From: Anthoceros angustus
Lineage: Eukaryota > Plantae > Anthocerotophyta
Reading direction: 5' to 3'
Assembly: GCA_010909165.1 (NCBI GenBank)
Contig: VJWM01000283.1
Location: forward strand, 62,001-126,000
DNA: 64,000 nt
Each line of letters opens with the position of its first letter. Position 1 is the first letter of the stretch. A model generated the notes under the pieces. The model saw nothing but the letters and a program-made list of their open reading frames with translations, did not search any database and was not told the origin of the DNA. The position numbers were made by a program, and so were the translations under genes. Shown in pieces: positions 1 through 13,400 of this stretch.

Positions 1-1239
1 CACCATGCGCGGTGTGCCGGTGCGCGGCTACATGCCCAAGGTAGGATAGAGCGTATCGGCGTTCATTTGTTATTTAGATAATAAGTGAGGCGGAGGAGTA
101 GTTAAGCCGCTAGTTGGTTAGCCACCACGTGGCTCGCGCCGATCATCTCGGATGGGCACTAGGTCACACTAGCGGTGCTTCATGGCGAGCATCAGGACGG
201 GCTTGCAAATCAGTGGTTGCGGTGGTGGTGAAGGATCAACACAGTCCAGACGCCGACTGGTGGCATTATGTGGATGCGCCATCCGCGCATGGGAAAACGA
301 TGAGCAGATGCGGCAGAGAGAACCAACGGCTAAGTGCAGCCTTCGGCCTTGGAGAATCAGTTGTTGAAGTCATAGGCGGTGAAGCTCGTAGCTCATCGGA
401 GTGCTCACGAAAACAACTTGGATTACGCATTCAATCTCGTTGCGAATTGTCAATTACAGCGTGGGAGTGATTGGCGTTTGTAGGCATGAAGCGTTGTTGA
501 TTTCTATGCACTTTCGCAACTCAAGAATGACACAGACGCGCGTGTATCGATGATCGGGCTTGCCGGAGCTAACTCTCACGACCTTGGGGAATGCAACCTC
601 GAGGTTGCCAACCGGTCAGAAGAGTTTTCACTCACGGTTGTCGTCGCACTATCACGATGGCCCAGATTGCGGAAGGATGCCGGCTAAAGACCCTGTTTGT
701 TTTGACTCGACAAAGGCGCCGAAGAAGATCTGAGTTGCCAAGAAGCGCATCGCCCAAGTTTACGGGCTAGGTGTATTTACTTGGACAACCATAAGATGCT
801 AGTGCGCGATGCGGAAGAAATCGTGGTGCCCCATTGCGGCGGACAAGTGCGGCGCCACGCGGAGGTGCGCGCGCGCAGCAGCTTTCTGGGGCAGCAAGTC
901 GCGTGGCGGGCCGCCGAGGCTCGCCCAGGTCTGGCAGTCACAAGTCATGCGGGGCATGGAAATAACCCGGTGGGTGCTTATACCGAGCGTCGCCTTAAGC
1001 CGGTCCAGGATGTCTGCGTTAATGTATCTCGGTTGATGTCGGTTAATGGAGATAATGGTTGTCTTTTATTGAGCAGTCTCTTGGCGCTTCTCAAGGAAAT
1101 AGTTCTAGGGTTGATGATGGCGAAGATGGCCGACCAAGCATGTGAAAGCGATCCTCTCCGGGAGGCGATGGAGAGGCAAGGAAAAGGCGATTCGCAACCG
1201 ACCAAAGCACCGCGGCTCACGAATAGGGGCAATTGAGGA

Positions 1240-3560
1240 TTCAATGGAACAAGAAAGCAGAGGTACTTGCGGCCGGTATAGATATCCGGATGGCGATAGT
1301 GGAGAATATGAAGAGCATGAAACCGCAAATGAAGATGTTGAGGACGACGATGTGCACGACAATAAGCGAGTTGAAGCCGATGACAACAGAGAGGATATAC
1401 ATAGCGAGGGGGCTCAAAACGTCGTCTAATGTCCCAAGAATCGCCATGCATTGAGGATGCCAGCAGCTTCTACAAAGTCGGGCGGTAGGGTCAAAGAATC
1501 GGAAGGAGCGAGCCCGTGTACAACCAACCTCAAAGGAGGTAGACGCGGATGTTCACCAAGGACTAAAGGTAAACCAAAGGTGGAAAAGAGGAAAGAGGAA
1601 TGACATTGAGACACCAGACGGGCATCATCGCTAAAGGACAACGAGTGGAGCGAGCGCAAAAGATAAGGACCCGTTACATCAAATTCGAGTCACAGACAAA
1701 AGAGGTGCATTCCATACGGATATGGTTGCCATCACCAAGTTGAGAAGCGCGGACTACATTACTCGTGACGCTCGGATCCAAGAGTGGATGAATCGTGGGG
1801 AAAACATCTTCTCCGGAAATTAAAAGGGACCTGCAAGAGGGAGTACTTCCTCCTATGTATGATCGATCCAAGGAGTGCGCAGCGTGGAGGTCTTTGACAA
1901 AGACAAGTTGAAAAGGCAGCGTACACCATGGGAGTATTGGTGGGAACCACGCTATGCGTTCCAACGCTGCACGCGAAGACCCGGAGAACTCACACTTCCA
2001 AAGATATGGAAGCTCATATATATGCAAAGCTTAACAGCGGAGATGCGGTGTCGCCACGATCACAATGTCAAGGCGATTTCCTAAGAGATGTCTTTCATTG
2101 AGCAAGTCCGGTATATTCACGATGAAATGAAAATTGCGGTGAGGAGGGTATTAGCATTACAATGGATTGGAAGTACAATCTATATCGGATGCTAGGCGTC
2201 ATCGGCGACGCCTCGATCGGGAAGAAATGCCGACTTGTCGACCCGCCGTGCATCATTGCTAGTGTCCCGCCTCATGTGTGGACACGGGTGGACGAGGTTT
2301 TCGATCTTTGGGAGAGGGGTGAGCTTCCCGAGCAAGGTAACCGGAAGAAAGGCAGCAAGAGAGGTAAATCAAAACGTGGGGGCACGGATACAGAGCCAGC
2401 AGTGGATCCAAATTTGATTATAAAGCCAATGCATGCGACCAATTGGAGAGTTTTCTAGGGCATGCCTCCAGGGGAAGCAGGTGAAAGGATTATGTTGTCT
2501 GCGCTGGAGAAAGTGATTCAAGGCGAGTTGACCGTGAGCGGCATGAAAACGTGGATAACGAAGGCCAAGAAGTTGAATGTCATCCGAGATTTTGCTCGAT
2601 CGAGGTGCAATTCATTTGCGTTGAGCGAGAATACCGAGGCACTCGACACCGATATAGCGAAATTTCAACCGGTGTTTGATCACATTGTAAGTACATTGTC
2701 CGCCACGAGTTAGCAAGTCGCAAACTAGTTTGCGCACTCGTCTTCGTTGCACCTATGAACGTCTCCATCCTGTGCTGAAGCAGGGTGAAGAGTACAAAGA
2801 GAAGATGATACCCGATAGCTTCAAAGAGCACATCAATGCGGCAAGAAATTGGAAGAGGGTGGAAGATTTGCAGAGAGAGCCGAGGAAGACAACGACGCAA
2901 AACTAGACATTTTCCATGTTCCAAAAAGCAAGCAAAGGTCCGTTACTGTAATAACCGTGATATTCGTGAAATGGCTGCCTACTTGGGGAAAAGAGAATAC
3001 AAGTCTGGTCGTCGATTTACCAAGGGGCAATTTATCGGAGACATGGGATAAGGAGATGACATGTGAGGATTTGGAGAAGATAATGGATGGATTCATGACA
3101 ATCACCGAATGCAAGACTTTCCGCGTGATATTCATGCATGGACGACCGGCACGGGATGTCCAAATGCACCGCAAATGGTGTGAAAAGGGGGTTTATACAA
3201 TGGTCCGGGAGAAAGACAACTTGGTTTCGGACGAGGACTTACGAACTGAGTACATGACTGTGGGGTATGGTGTTCACCCAACTGCTGAAGATATGAGGAA
3301 GTGCGTGCATTGTCCAATAGCGTAGAGATTGGAGCAATGCCCGTTTATTCGACATAGCGCATCGTGAAGAAACTTTTGAATGTGTCCAACGATGGCCATG
3401 TTGTTTCTCCTTACCAAAAGCCAATAGGGTTGATGGTCCCGCTATACGACCTATTCACGTAAAAGAGGGAATGGGTTATAGATGGATGCTCGAAGCGGAG
3501 TGGAATACTTGCGGCATTCGAAGGCGGGAATCTGTTGACCAAGAACGAGGAGCACAATAT
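1240..3560 (+). pseudogene. ParB-like domain + beta-class N6A/N4C DNA methyltransferase-like gene, copy 1 (frameshifted as assembled)
   Basis: Acidic N-terminus (~1240-1500). ParB-like Y-T-M-G-V-L-x-G-N-H at ~1922-1950. EQVRYIHDE...WKYNLYRMLG...VWTRVDEVFDLWERGE at 2100-2330. Motif IV-like VVDLPRG...WDK at 3008-3050, SPYQKP at ~3406-3423, SAM-binding motif-I-like GEWVIDGCS-x-SG at ~3468-3505. The order motif IV before motif I is the beta permutation. Confidence 0.7.
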
Positions 3561-4254
3561 TCATCGACAGACAGGCCATGAAGTGTTTCCCTGACGAGGA
3601 AGAGTTGACCACCAAACCACACAAACGTGGACATCCGGTTTTTGCCAAAGAGATGGCGGCGGGAGATCGGTTAAGCCTGGGGCGCGCTACACTTGGTTCA
3701 AGGAACATGCGCACCCATCGACCTTCAAGACTTGAGTCAATCACAGGGCCCCGGAAGAAGAAGGAGAAGATGGCAAAAAGGTCCGGAAACCCTAAGAACC
3801 CGACGGAAAGAAGTGCGAAGACCAAGAAAGCGACCCTACTTGGGACAACCAACATCCGAGACGTTTGGCTTTGGCGAATCCCAAGGTGGAGAAACGCCAT
3901 ATCTTCCTCTTGCTATTCACGATCCATAGCGCAGGAGAACGATGACATCGTCCAGGAGACGGAAGACAACATTCGCCAAACTAGCTAGAAACATACGTTG
4001 TCAAGTGTTGGGCATTTAAATGTGAGTGCGCGCTGTTTGTGCACAAATATGGCGGTCCCGAAGGAAAAGCGATCGTGAATGTCTGGATGGTTTTCCTCGT
4101 AATTCCGATGCACAATGTGACATATATCGTATCGCAACAATAATTGAAATGTTTGCGAGTGACATGTCGTGAGAATAAAAAAGGCCGATTCCAAAGGCAG
4201 ATTCGACGCAGTAAGGGGTCCGAAACATCCAGAAGCAAAAGGGGTTTCAGGAGA

Positions 4255-6488
4255 AACCCCTTTCAGAAAAGACGCTGTTAAAATCATCACCGCCCTCAAG
4301 ACACCTACCACCGAAGAGCTTAGGGGATTCCTCGGAATGGTAGGCTATTATCGCAGTTTGTGAAGAATTTCTCCGAGACGGCAGCCGCTTGTTGCTCAAG
4401 GACCGAGTGGAATGGGCAAAAGCAGAGGAGGCCTTCAATGACCTTGGACCACCGATCCACGGCACCCACTGCGAGGGGGAGCAAGAAATTCCACGTGTTT
4501 GTAGACGTTTCGGCCTATGCAATTGGAACCATTCTAAGCCAGAGGGATGACAAGAAGCATGATTACCCAATTTATTATGCAGGAAGACAGCTCACTGATG
4601 CAGAAAGGAAATATACCACCACCGAAAGGGAGGCGCTGGGAATGGTATACTCGGTTCGCAAGTTCCGCCACTATTTGCTATCCTACGAGTTCGTCTTCCA
4701 TGTCGACCACTTCGCCCTCAAACACCTGGTAAACAAAAGCCCGACTGCGGACGCGCATGAGATGGATCCTACTGCGAATTCACGTTCACGGTGGAGACAA
4801 GGGAGGGTAAGCATGTGAATCATTACATTCGGTGAAGATGGAGGTGGTTACAGGACCGGGCAGATTTTCCCGATGAAGCTTTGTTCGTGGCGAGTTAGAG
4901 GAAGCGGCCGAATCATAAGGCGAGGCCAATGGCGAGAAATGAGAAGGGAGGGCGGATACACAGGCCCACCCGGAGATGATGGAATTCACAGAGCAGGGGA
5001 ATACCCGGATCTTTCGACCCAGGCGGCGTTTGTGCACTATTCGCGTCCGTTTGAGCCAGGACAATTTGTACAACGTCGGGACGGATGGGCGAGAGGTTAT
5101 GTGGGTAACAAGGGGCGAGGTGTTAAAGTCTTGTGGAGATGCACGAAGGAGAAGCGGGGGGACATTTTGCGGCACATATCACGTGCAAGAAGGTGCTCGA
5201 AACAGGGTATTGGTGGCAAACCATGCATCAGGATGCTAAGGAGTTTGTAAAACGTTGCGACGCCTGTCGGAGGGTTGGGAAACCATCTGCAACCACCCAA
5301 TGGCCAATGGTTCCGATATTGGCCCTGGCGCCATTCGAGAAATGGGGAATAGATTTCGTTGGCCCCATCCAGCCAAAGACGAAGACGCGACAAAACCAAT
5401 ACATCCTAGTGGCCACCGACTATTGCAGCGTATGGTGGAAGCCCAAGCACTGGTGAACCTGACTCATGTGGTGGCGGGTTCCTCTATGAGCAGTTATCCG
5501 AAGTGCCGAGAGATGCACGAGGGGAAGCGGAGGACATTTTGCACATATCACGTGCAAGAAGGTGCTCAAACGGGTATTGGTGGCAAACCATGCATCGTGA
5601 TGCTAGGAGTTTGTTAAACGCGATGCCCGCCGAGGGTTGGGAAACCGTCCGAACCACTCAATGGCCAATGGTTCCATATTGGCCCGCGCCATTCGAGAAA
5701 TGGGGAATAGATTTGTTGGTCCCATACCAAAACGAGGACGCGACAAAACCAATACATCCTCGTGGCCATACATTGCACGCCAGATGGTGGAAGCAAGCAC
5801 AGTGTAGACACACCATGTAGTGTTCCTCTATGAATGACATTATCACCGATATGGTTGCCCTTGAGCCGATGAGGGTCATAGTCAACGGTTATATCTCATA
5901 TGACGATCTACTTCAAGTTCGCCACGAAAAGCGACTCCTTATAATCCCGAATGGGCTCGGAGAAGCGAATGGGCTCTTGTGCAGGATCCTCAACAAACTA
6001 ACGGTGGAATATGCGTATGGGATCTTAAGCTTCACTCCCGCTGGGCGTCAGATGCGAGAGAAAATAATACGCAACAAACACCGTACTACCTCACCTACGG
6101 CCATTCTCCGGTAATGCCTATTGAGTTTGAAATTCCTACCTGCGCATCCAGGAATCTAACCGCATGGCGAGAGGAAAGTCAATTTGGAGCCTGGTGGCGC
6201 TAAACACAGGGATAGGACAGGCGTTGAGCGTCATGCAGGATATTCAGGCGAAGCGGAAAATATGGCATGACAACCGGTTGCGGAAGCAAGAGTGGGTAGT
6301 CCGGTGACTTGGCCCTGCTGTACGACAATAGGTATATGCACTTTCCAGGGAAGCTCCACCTTCGATGGATGGGGCCATATAGAGTTCTCGAAGTCTTCAC
6401 CAATGGATCCGTACAGCTGCAAGAGTTAGGTGGACCTCCACTACCAACCCGGGTTAACGGGTGGAGGATCAAGAAGTATTATACTTAA
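4255..6488 (+). mobile_element. Ty3/Gypsy pol remnant (RT C-terminus, RNase H, integrase)
   Basis: ELRGFLGMVGYYR (RT end). FHVFVDVSAYAIGTILSQ...EREALGMVYSVRKFRHYL...DHFALKHL (RNase H). HEGEAGGHF...GYWWQTMHQDAKEFVKRCDAC and PFEKWGIDFVGP (integrase). LHLRWMGPYRV...VNGWRIKKYYT* ends at 6488. Confidence 0.93.
5133..5800 (+). repeat. Near-tandem duplication of the integrase zinc-finger segment
   Basis: 5133-5460 is repeated at ~5503-5800 with many 1-bp indels. Confidence 0.85.
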
Positions 6489-6899
6489 GTTGGCGAGGAC
6501 GCCAACAAATGAGAAGGGGAGTATGTAAACGATCTGGACTCGGAAACCCCCTGTTGGGATGTGCCTTGAAGTGTTTTTGTTTTTGGAGTGTGGTGTGAAA
6601 ATAAGTCGATTGAGAGGAGGTATTTATAGAAGAAATGTCCTTGGCCTATGGTTTTCTTGTTTTTTATTTCTTAGGTTAGATAATAAATGGTAGAACTCGA
6701 TGTTCCTTGGCCCATGGACTTGGATGTCCACTAAAAGTCTATATATGTGAGGTAGGGGTTGGAATAATTAGGGTGATAGGTCTATAAGTTGGAGTCAAGA
6801 TTAGGCGGTAGGCGAATGAGTGTGGGGTTGTGGATTGGGATGTGGGAGCGGTCGTGAGGTCGAGCAGGTAGGGGAACACAGGAAACTTAACCCTAGGAA

Positions 6900-9100
6900 A
6901 ATGCGTCCGTTCAAACGGGCGCAAGGCGGGCGGGAGCGGCGGAGGCGAGCAGCGGAGGCCGACAATCGAGGCGGAGGACATTACGATGCGGGGGCGGGCG
7001 CGCACGAGGAGGAGCTCCGAACCCCATCATGACATCAGCGGTCGCAGAGGAGGAAGGCGCTACGGTGGCGCTCGAGGAGGTAACCACAGGAGGCCGACCC
7101 GCCCGAAATTGTGGCAGGTGTGGCATTTGAGGCGGGGCCGGACTGAGGGATGGCGCCCAAGGTCATGAGATTGCTTGCCCAATGGCCAAACATGGATCAT
7201 TGGAAAGTTCAGTGGGAATTGGTGAAGAGGGGCTTTTCATGGAAGAAGCGGTGGAATTACATGAACTTGGGGAGTGCGAGTGTGCTCGCCACGAAGGACA
7301 AGCAAGGCGGGGAATTAGAGCGAAGCCAGGATTGGGACTGGAATTGGTTAGGAGGGTGTATGGCGCGCAAGGAGGAGGCGTGGTTTGGTGATGGAACCGT
7401 CCGGAAAAGAACCTGCAGCGGCCGCCCTGGTTAAGCGGGCGTGGTCGGAACACGGTGGTTGCGAGATTTGCAACCGGTTGATGGGTCTGGCGGATGGCTC
7501 CTATGTTTCTACAGAAGCGGGGATTATTTGTCGACCACTTGCTTCATTCCTTCATGAAGTGGTCAAGGCGAAATCGATTGAGGCGAATTCTCTTGACAAG
7601 TTGTGTGAAGAGGTTGAACTGATTTCTCCTACCCTCGGCCCTCTCTAATTTCACCATTTACGGTCCATCTTTATGCATGCTAACGCGGAGGTGAAATTGT
7701 GGCCTCCCTCCACATGTGGAAGCGGTTAGGGAGGTGAAGTGGGCGGAGGAGCCCAAGGAGGAAATCGAGGAGGAATCGGCGGAGTCGGAGTGGCGGCAGG
7801 CGATTCGAGGAAGAAGGAAATTTCTACCGGCAAAAGGAAGGCCGGGGTGAGCGGGTGAAGGCGCAGCTGCGAAAAATGAAGGCCAAGCGGCGGTTGAGGT
7901 GGCGTAAGAGGAGGCGCGATCCGAGGAAGACAATTTCTTGACACGGATGCGAGATGATGAATCAACTCCGGAGGAGGGGGTGACCTCGAGCGGACCCTCC
8001 TCGGCATGGGAAGAGATTTTCAAGGGGACTCCAGCAGCAGGTGGATGCCGGAATTGGTGGTGCGCACCTTGGGAGGAAAGTGCTCGGCGGAGGGATGGCG
8101 TCGGCGGGGCCGCCACAAGTGGACTTGCGAGGTGACCACATCGATGATCCGGCCCAAGCGGTTGTTGGATCAAGCGGCTTTGGCTCTCACATGGCTCGGT
8201 GTGCAAGAGGCGGTGGTGAAGGCCAGGTTTGTGAAGGGAGGCCAAGCGCAAGCAACGGAGGAAGACAAGCGGGCCCTAGAAATAAGGGCCAAGATTCAAG
8301 AAGATTTGTGCGGGGCCGGGAGAAGTTGCAGCCATGTCGAGTCGGAGGAAGCTCATGGCTCAAATTAAGGATGCCCACGAGACAAACCGAGATGCGAGGA
8401 GTTGTTGCGAGCCGAGGCGAGGCGGCCTCGGTGGAAAAGGCCCATAAGTCAAGTAACGTATAACGGGAGGATGAGGCACGTGGCCGAGCCGAGAAAGGAC
8501 AAAGGGAAGGGGGCAGGACCCACGGCGGGGTAGTGGAAGGAACTACGAGGAAGGCGACAACAGTGGCAAACACCTACCGGTTGAGCAGGCAGCGGTCGTG
8601 GAGTCCACCATGAGTGGAAGCCTCTGCATTGGCAGCCCAACTCGGGCGGCGAGGCGGAGGCGGCAGGATGCGCAGCACCCGAGGACATGGACCAAGCAAC
8701 GGTGTAGCCTACGGGAGGAGGGGTAAGCACCTCGGCTCTGAGAGGTCCTATTATGTTGCACATGGATGAGGAAACTTATGTTCTGGTCTATATGTGAATG
8801 GAGCGTGCTTAACTTCGTCCATGCGTGTGGAAATAGGAGGGATCGGGGCCTACCTCACAAGTGAGGACCGAAGTGCATACTTCTGCTGCGCGAGTGTGGG
8901 GTTGGCCCCTATTGGAGGCGACTTTGGAGGAGTTAAGTGAGGAGGAGGTCCGAGCTTGGGTGGACGAGGGCAGTAATAATCCTCGGCAATAGGCGGAGAT
9001 CACGGAAGCTCAGGCGGTACACCTCAAATTAGGGGCGTCCAGCGCGGTGAGGTGGAAGTATTGTGGGAAAACACATCGGATCGGCGTGGCGGGAGGCTCG
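6900..9100 (+). mobile_element. Degenerate extra-ORF region downstream of Gypsy pol (Tat/Athila-like accessory region)
   Basis: GC-rich fragmented coding-like sequence collinear with pol; no domain confidently recognised. Confidence 0.3.
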
Positions 9101-9179
9101 TGGCGGCGGCAATGGAGGAAGGGCAGGCGGCCAAGTCGAGGCGCCGAGATAAGCGTGGCGGATAGTGATAGCATCCTAA

Positions 9180-9450
9180 GGATAATTTGGTTAGGATCTT
9201 GCACTGGACCTAGGCGCTCCGAATTGTGGGCGTCCTTCGATAGCCATCTTAGGACCTAAAAATCCGGGGCATGGCGCCCGGTATATAAGAGGCGAATTAT
9301 GCCTCTCCACGGAGATAATTTGGTTAGGATCTTGCTGGACCTAGGCGCTCGAATTGTGGGCGCGTCCCTTCATGATAGCCATCTTAGGACCTAAAAATCC
9401 GGGGCATGGCGCCCGGCCGATGTATAAGAGGGGCGGTGCCTCACGGATAA
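9180..9450 (+). repeat. ~135-bp direct repeat (2 copies plus a partial), LTR-like with a TATA-like tataagagg
   Basis: ggataatttggttaggatcttgc...ggacctaaaaatccggggcatggcgcccgg at ~9180 and ~9314. Confidence 0.7.
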
Positions 9451-10339
9451 TTCTGGTTGAGATCCCCACTGTGGCTGGTTGGAGACGTCCACGGAGGCGG
9501 GGTGTGCGAGGCAGCTCCTAGGAATGGTCGAGAGCTTGCTCCATGGGAGGAGGAGGCGATGGCGTCTTGGCGACAAGGGAGGGAACCAAGGGATTGGCGC
9601 GGGTGCAGGCTTGCTCGCGCTTTCTGTGGCGACAGGCTCTTCTCCTTCGCCTTTTTCCACTAGTTGTGTTCGAAATTGAGGGTGCGTGTGAGAGTGGATG
9701 GATGAAGGGCGGGTCGAGAGAGAGAGAGAGAAGGGTGAGAGCGGATCGGGAAGGAGAGATTAAATCTTGCAGCGATGCGAGGTGCGAGTCGTGAGTGGGA
9801 AAGGAAGAGAAGCGTGGAGAGGTCATGGTGGAATTGTGTGTGTAAGAATCCAATGAGTGCAGTGAAGGAAGTGCGCATGGGGGAAAGTGTTCGGAGGAAA
9901 TAAGGTGGCGCCTTGTGTGTGTGTGTGCATGTGTGTGGATTGAGTGTAGGGAGGCCTAGGAATCCCGTGTCGAGAATCGGGTGGGCATAGTGCAGGGGTA
10001 GAATAACATCCGGACTACGGTGGACAACCCGTACCAAAGATCCTGATGGCGAATCGATCGCTAGGGTTTGGTGTGGGACCCACCTCGGTGGTCATTCCAC
10101 TACCAGTGGTGGCGGACTACAGCGGTAGTAGAGCGAGGCAGGTCGGGAGTTAGATCCGTGGTAGTTGGACAAGGCGGGAGGTAGTAGTAGTTGAGTGAGG
10201 TGAGAGAAGCGGTGGAGTAAGCCACGGCTTAGGCAAAGGTCGGTAGTGATAGAAGATAGCGTCTCTGGCACAAACCATTCCCTTGGGAGCGAATCCAGAC
10301 TACAACGACATTGAGGGTGAATGTGGACCTCACCATGTC

Positions 10340-13300
10340 TCAGACACGAGTTTACACTCCCACGCCGCCACGCTCGGCCTGACCCGCCCCCGATGCCTTC
10401 ATTGCCTCCCCGCTTCCTCTTTCGGCCTCCACCCTTGTCACGGTGGCGTAGCCTCCAATGGGGCCTCACTGGTGGAGGTCCATGCTTTCAAGCGTCGAGT
10501 GTGCTGTATGTGTCTGCACGGGTTAGGCACGCCCTCAATCTCTGCCTCATCCTCTCGTTGTCTTTGGCGTCATCGCCATCACATGTACCCCTTTGCCGCC
10601 TCTTTCTCCTCCCCGACAATTCCTCATGGCTGCCACGCCTTTTGGCCCCCACCCACGGCGCTTTGACCCGGTCCTCTCCTCGATCCGCCACCCGCTCCTC
10701 CCACTCCCACCCCGTTTCGTTCGCAGCCCACGCTGGACCCATGCATGTTCCTTGCTGGTGACGACACAATTGCCTCCCGCTGTGCTACAGAAATTGCATC
10801 CGCCCCTCCAATTCCATCCCTCATGCCGTTCACGGCCTTGGTCACTCCCTCTGACCCCAACTCCGTCCACAATGTGCGCCCGTCACTAGCGCGATGGCAC
10901 CTCCCAACACACGCCTTTACTGCCCCTGCCTCTTGACACACCCTCCTGCGCCCTTTACCGGATGCTGCCCTCTTGACACACCCCTCCTTTCGTTAACCGG
11001 CCTAGCCACTACAGCTGATACCAAGTCCCTCCCCTTCCTACGGCCATGGCCGGAACTTGACGGTGACGGGCACCCCCAATTCCGAGTCCGTTACGTGGCC
11101 GCTGCCCTCTCCCTACACATCTGCTCACACTCTCTTCATTCACACTATCACCAGGCATGCATGGTCCATCACCATCGGGTGATCGTGGTGTCGTCGGCAC
11201 CACGATGTCATTGCTCGTGATAGCCTCCCTCCCTGCACTTGTTTCCCCCCTCTCCACCATCCCACCTTCATGGTTCACCAAGCCCGCCCCTCCCCTTCCA
11301 TTCACTGTCAGGATGTCTCTCGCCTGATCTCCCCCAAAGCAATCTACTCCCTCTGTCCTCCTAGTTATCCCCTCACATCCACCACCACCTCCTGCCGGCG
11401 GTGCTCCCATCTTCCATCCTTCGTCTCGGAACGCCACGGATCTGGATCCATCTCCAATTCCATGTCATTCAACAAAATAGTCATTTCCCTTGTTCTCCTG
11501 GCAATAGCCTGAACCTCGGGGGTGTTTTCATTTATTCCATGTCTTACCAGCTAGGAACTCCGACAGGCAGCCGTCGCGAACCGCCCACAGAGGTTGCATG
11601 GAGATCGTCCTCTTCAGCCTCCCATATTCTGCCTCCTCTTCGGTTGGGTACCTACCATGCTTACTCTCAAACCGAACCACCCATCCAGTAGCCTCCCTTT
11701 CCCCAAGGGTTTGGCCCCCACCGTTTTGGCCGCCTCTCTTTGCTGCAAGTTCATACTTGAGGCTCAAACTTCCCGTTCTCTTGCTCCATCCGCGCCCGAG
11801 AGCATCTTCCCACTCTTCCTCGTCCACCATGCTCGGCTTCTTCCCCGCCTCCTCCCTCCCCGGTCCCTTTCCTCTAGTGCCTTTGCGCCTTCCACAAAGT
11901 TGCGTGCGAGTCATCTGCGAAGTGTCGGCTTATGCCGGACTTTACCACCGGTCGGGAAGGCCGACACCGATTTCACTAACTGCCTTTTCCTCTCGGGCGT
12001 CGCGCCATCATGTTGTCTTCGCCGCCGCCATCACATGTACCCCTTTGCCGCCTCTTTCTCCTCCCCTCGACAATTCCTCATGGCTGCCACGCCTTTTGGC
12101 CCCCACCACGACCATGGCTTCCGCTATGGACCCGCCTCTCGATCCGCCACCCGCCTCCTCCCACTCCCACCCGTTTGTTTTGCAGCCCACGCTGGACCCA
12201 TGCATGTTCCTTGCCGTGACGACAATTGCCTCCTCATGTAATTGCATCCGCCCTCCAATTCCATCCTCATGCCGCTCACGGTCACTCCTCCGACCCCAAC
12301 TCCGTCCACAATGTGCGCTCATTACCAGCGGCTGACGGCACCTCCCAACACACGCCCTTTACCACTGCTGCCTCTTGACACACCCTCCTTTCGTTAACCG
12401 GCCTAGCCACATTGATACCAAGTCCTCCTTCCCCATGGTAACTTGACGAGCACCCCCCCCAATTCCGAGTCCGCCGGCCGCCTCCCTACACACATCTCAC
12501 ACTCTCATTCACACTATCACCGTGCATGCATGGTCCATCACCATCGGGTGATCGTGGTGTCGCCACCAGTCATTGCTCGTGATAGCCTCCCTCCCCGCAC
12601 TTGTTTCCTCTCCACCATCCCACCTTCATGGTTCACAAGCCCGCCTCCTTCCATTCACTGGATGTCTCTCGCCGATCTCCCCAAAGCATCTACTCCTCCG
12701 TCCTCCTAGTTATCCCCTCACATCCACACCACCACCTCGCAGCAGCAGTGAGGCCCCTGCCTTCCATCCTTCGCCCTAAACGCCACCGATCCGGATCCAT
12801 CTCCAATTCCATGTCATTCAACAAAATAGTCATTTCCTTGTTCTCCGGCAATAGCCTCGAACCTGGGTGTGTTTTCATGTATTCCATGTCTTACCCAGAG
12901 GAACTCCGTAACCGCCCTTATCGCGAACCGCCCAGAGGTTGCATGGAGATCGCCCTTCGCCTCCCATATTCTCCTCCTCTTGGGTACCTACCATGCTTAC
13001 TCTCAAACCGAACCACCCATCCGGCGCCTCCCTTTCCCCAAGGGTTTGGCCCCATCCCACCGCTTTTGGCCAGCCCCTCTTTGCAAGTTCATACTCAAGG
13101 CTCAAACTTCCTGCTTCAGCCCATCCGCGCCTGTGCAAGAGCATCTTCCCACTCTTCCTCGCCCACCATGCTCGGCTTCTTCCCCGCCTCCTCCCTCCCC
13201 GGTCCCTTTCCTCTGCCGCTTTGCGCTCCACACAACGAGAATTGCGCGGCAGTCATCTCAGAAGTGTCGGCTTATGCCGGACTTTACCACTGGTCGGGAA

Positions 13301-13400
13301 GGCCGACACCGATTTCACTAACTGCCTTTTCCTCTCTAACGCGCCATCTTGCCATGTACCCAGTTCATTCACAACCTTTGTCACGTTTCAGATTCTTAGG
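10340..13400 (-). mobile_element. Degenerate CACTA second ORF (TnpA/Ptta-like), present as two ~1.4-kb near-tandem copies
   Basis: KKPSMVDEEEWEDA...LG.(G)W..FESKHGRYPTEEE resembles the Ptta/En-Spm family. Same strand as and downstream of the CACTA transposase. ~10570-11995 is repeated at ~12020-13345. Confidence 0.45.

Noticed and set aside
540-760. Possible structured ncRNA or rRNA fragment
   Set aside because: No recognisable rRNA, tRNA or snRNA signature; no RNA gene is called anywhere in the window.
3990-4160. ECALFVHKY as an Ulp1 peptidase catalytic motif
   Set aside because: The preceding Gln motif and the His-Trp motif are missing; too weak to call.
6511-6800. PPT plus 3' LTR immediately after Gypsy pol
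   Set aside because: A purine run followed by TG is present, but there is no matching second LTR in the window and coding-like sequence continues downstream.
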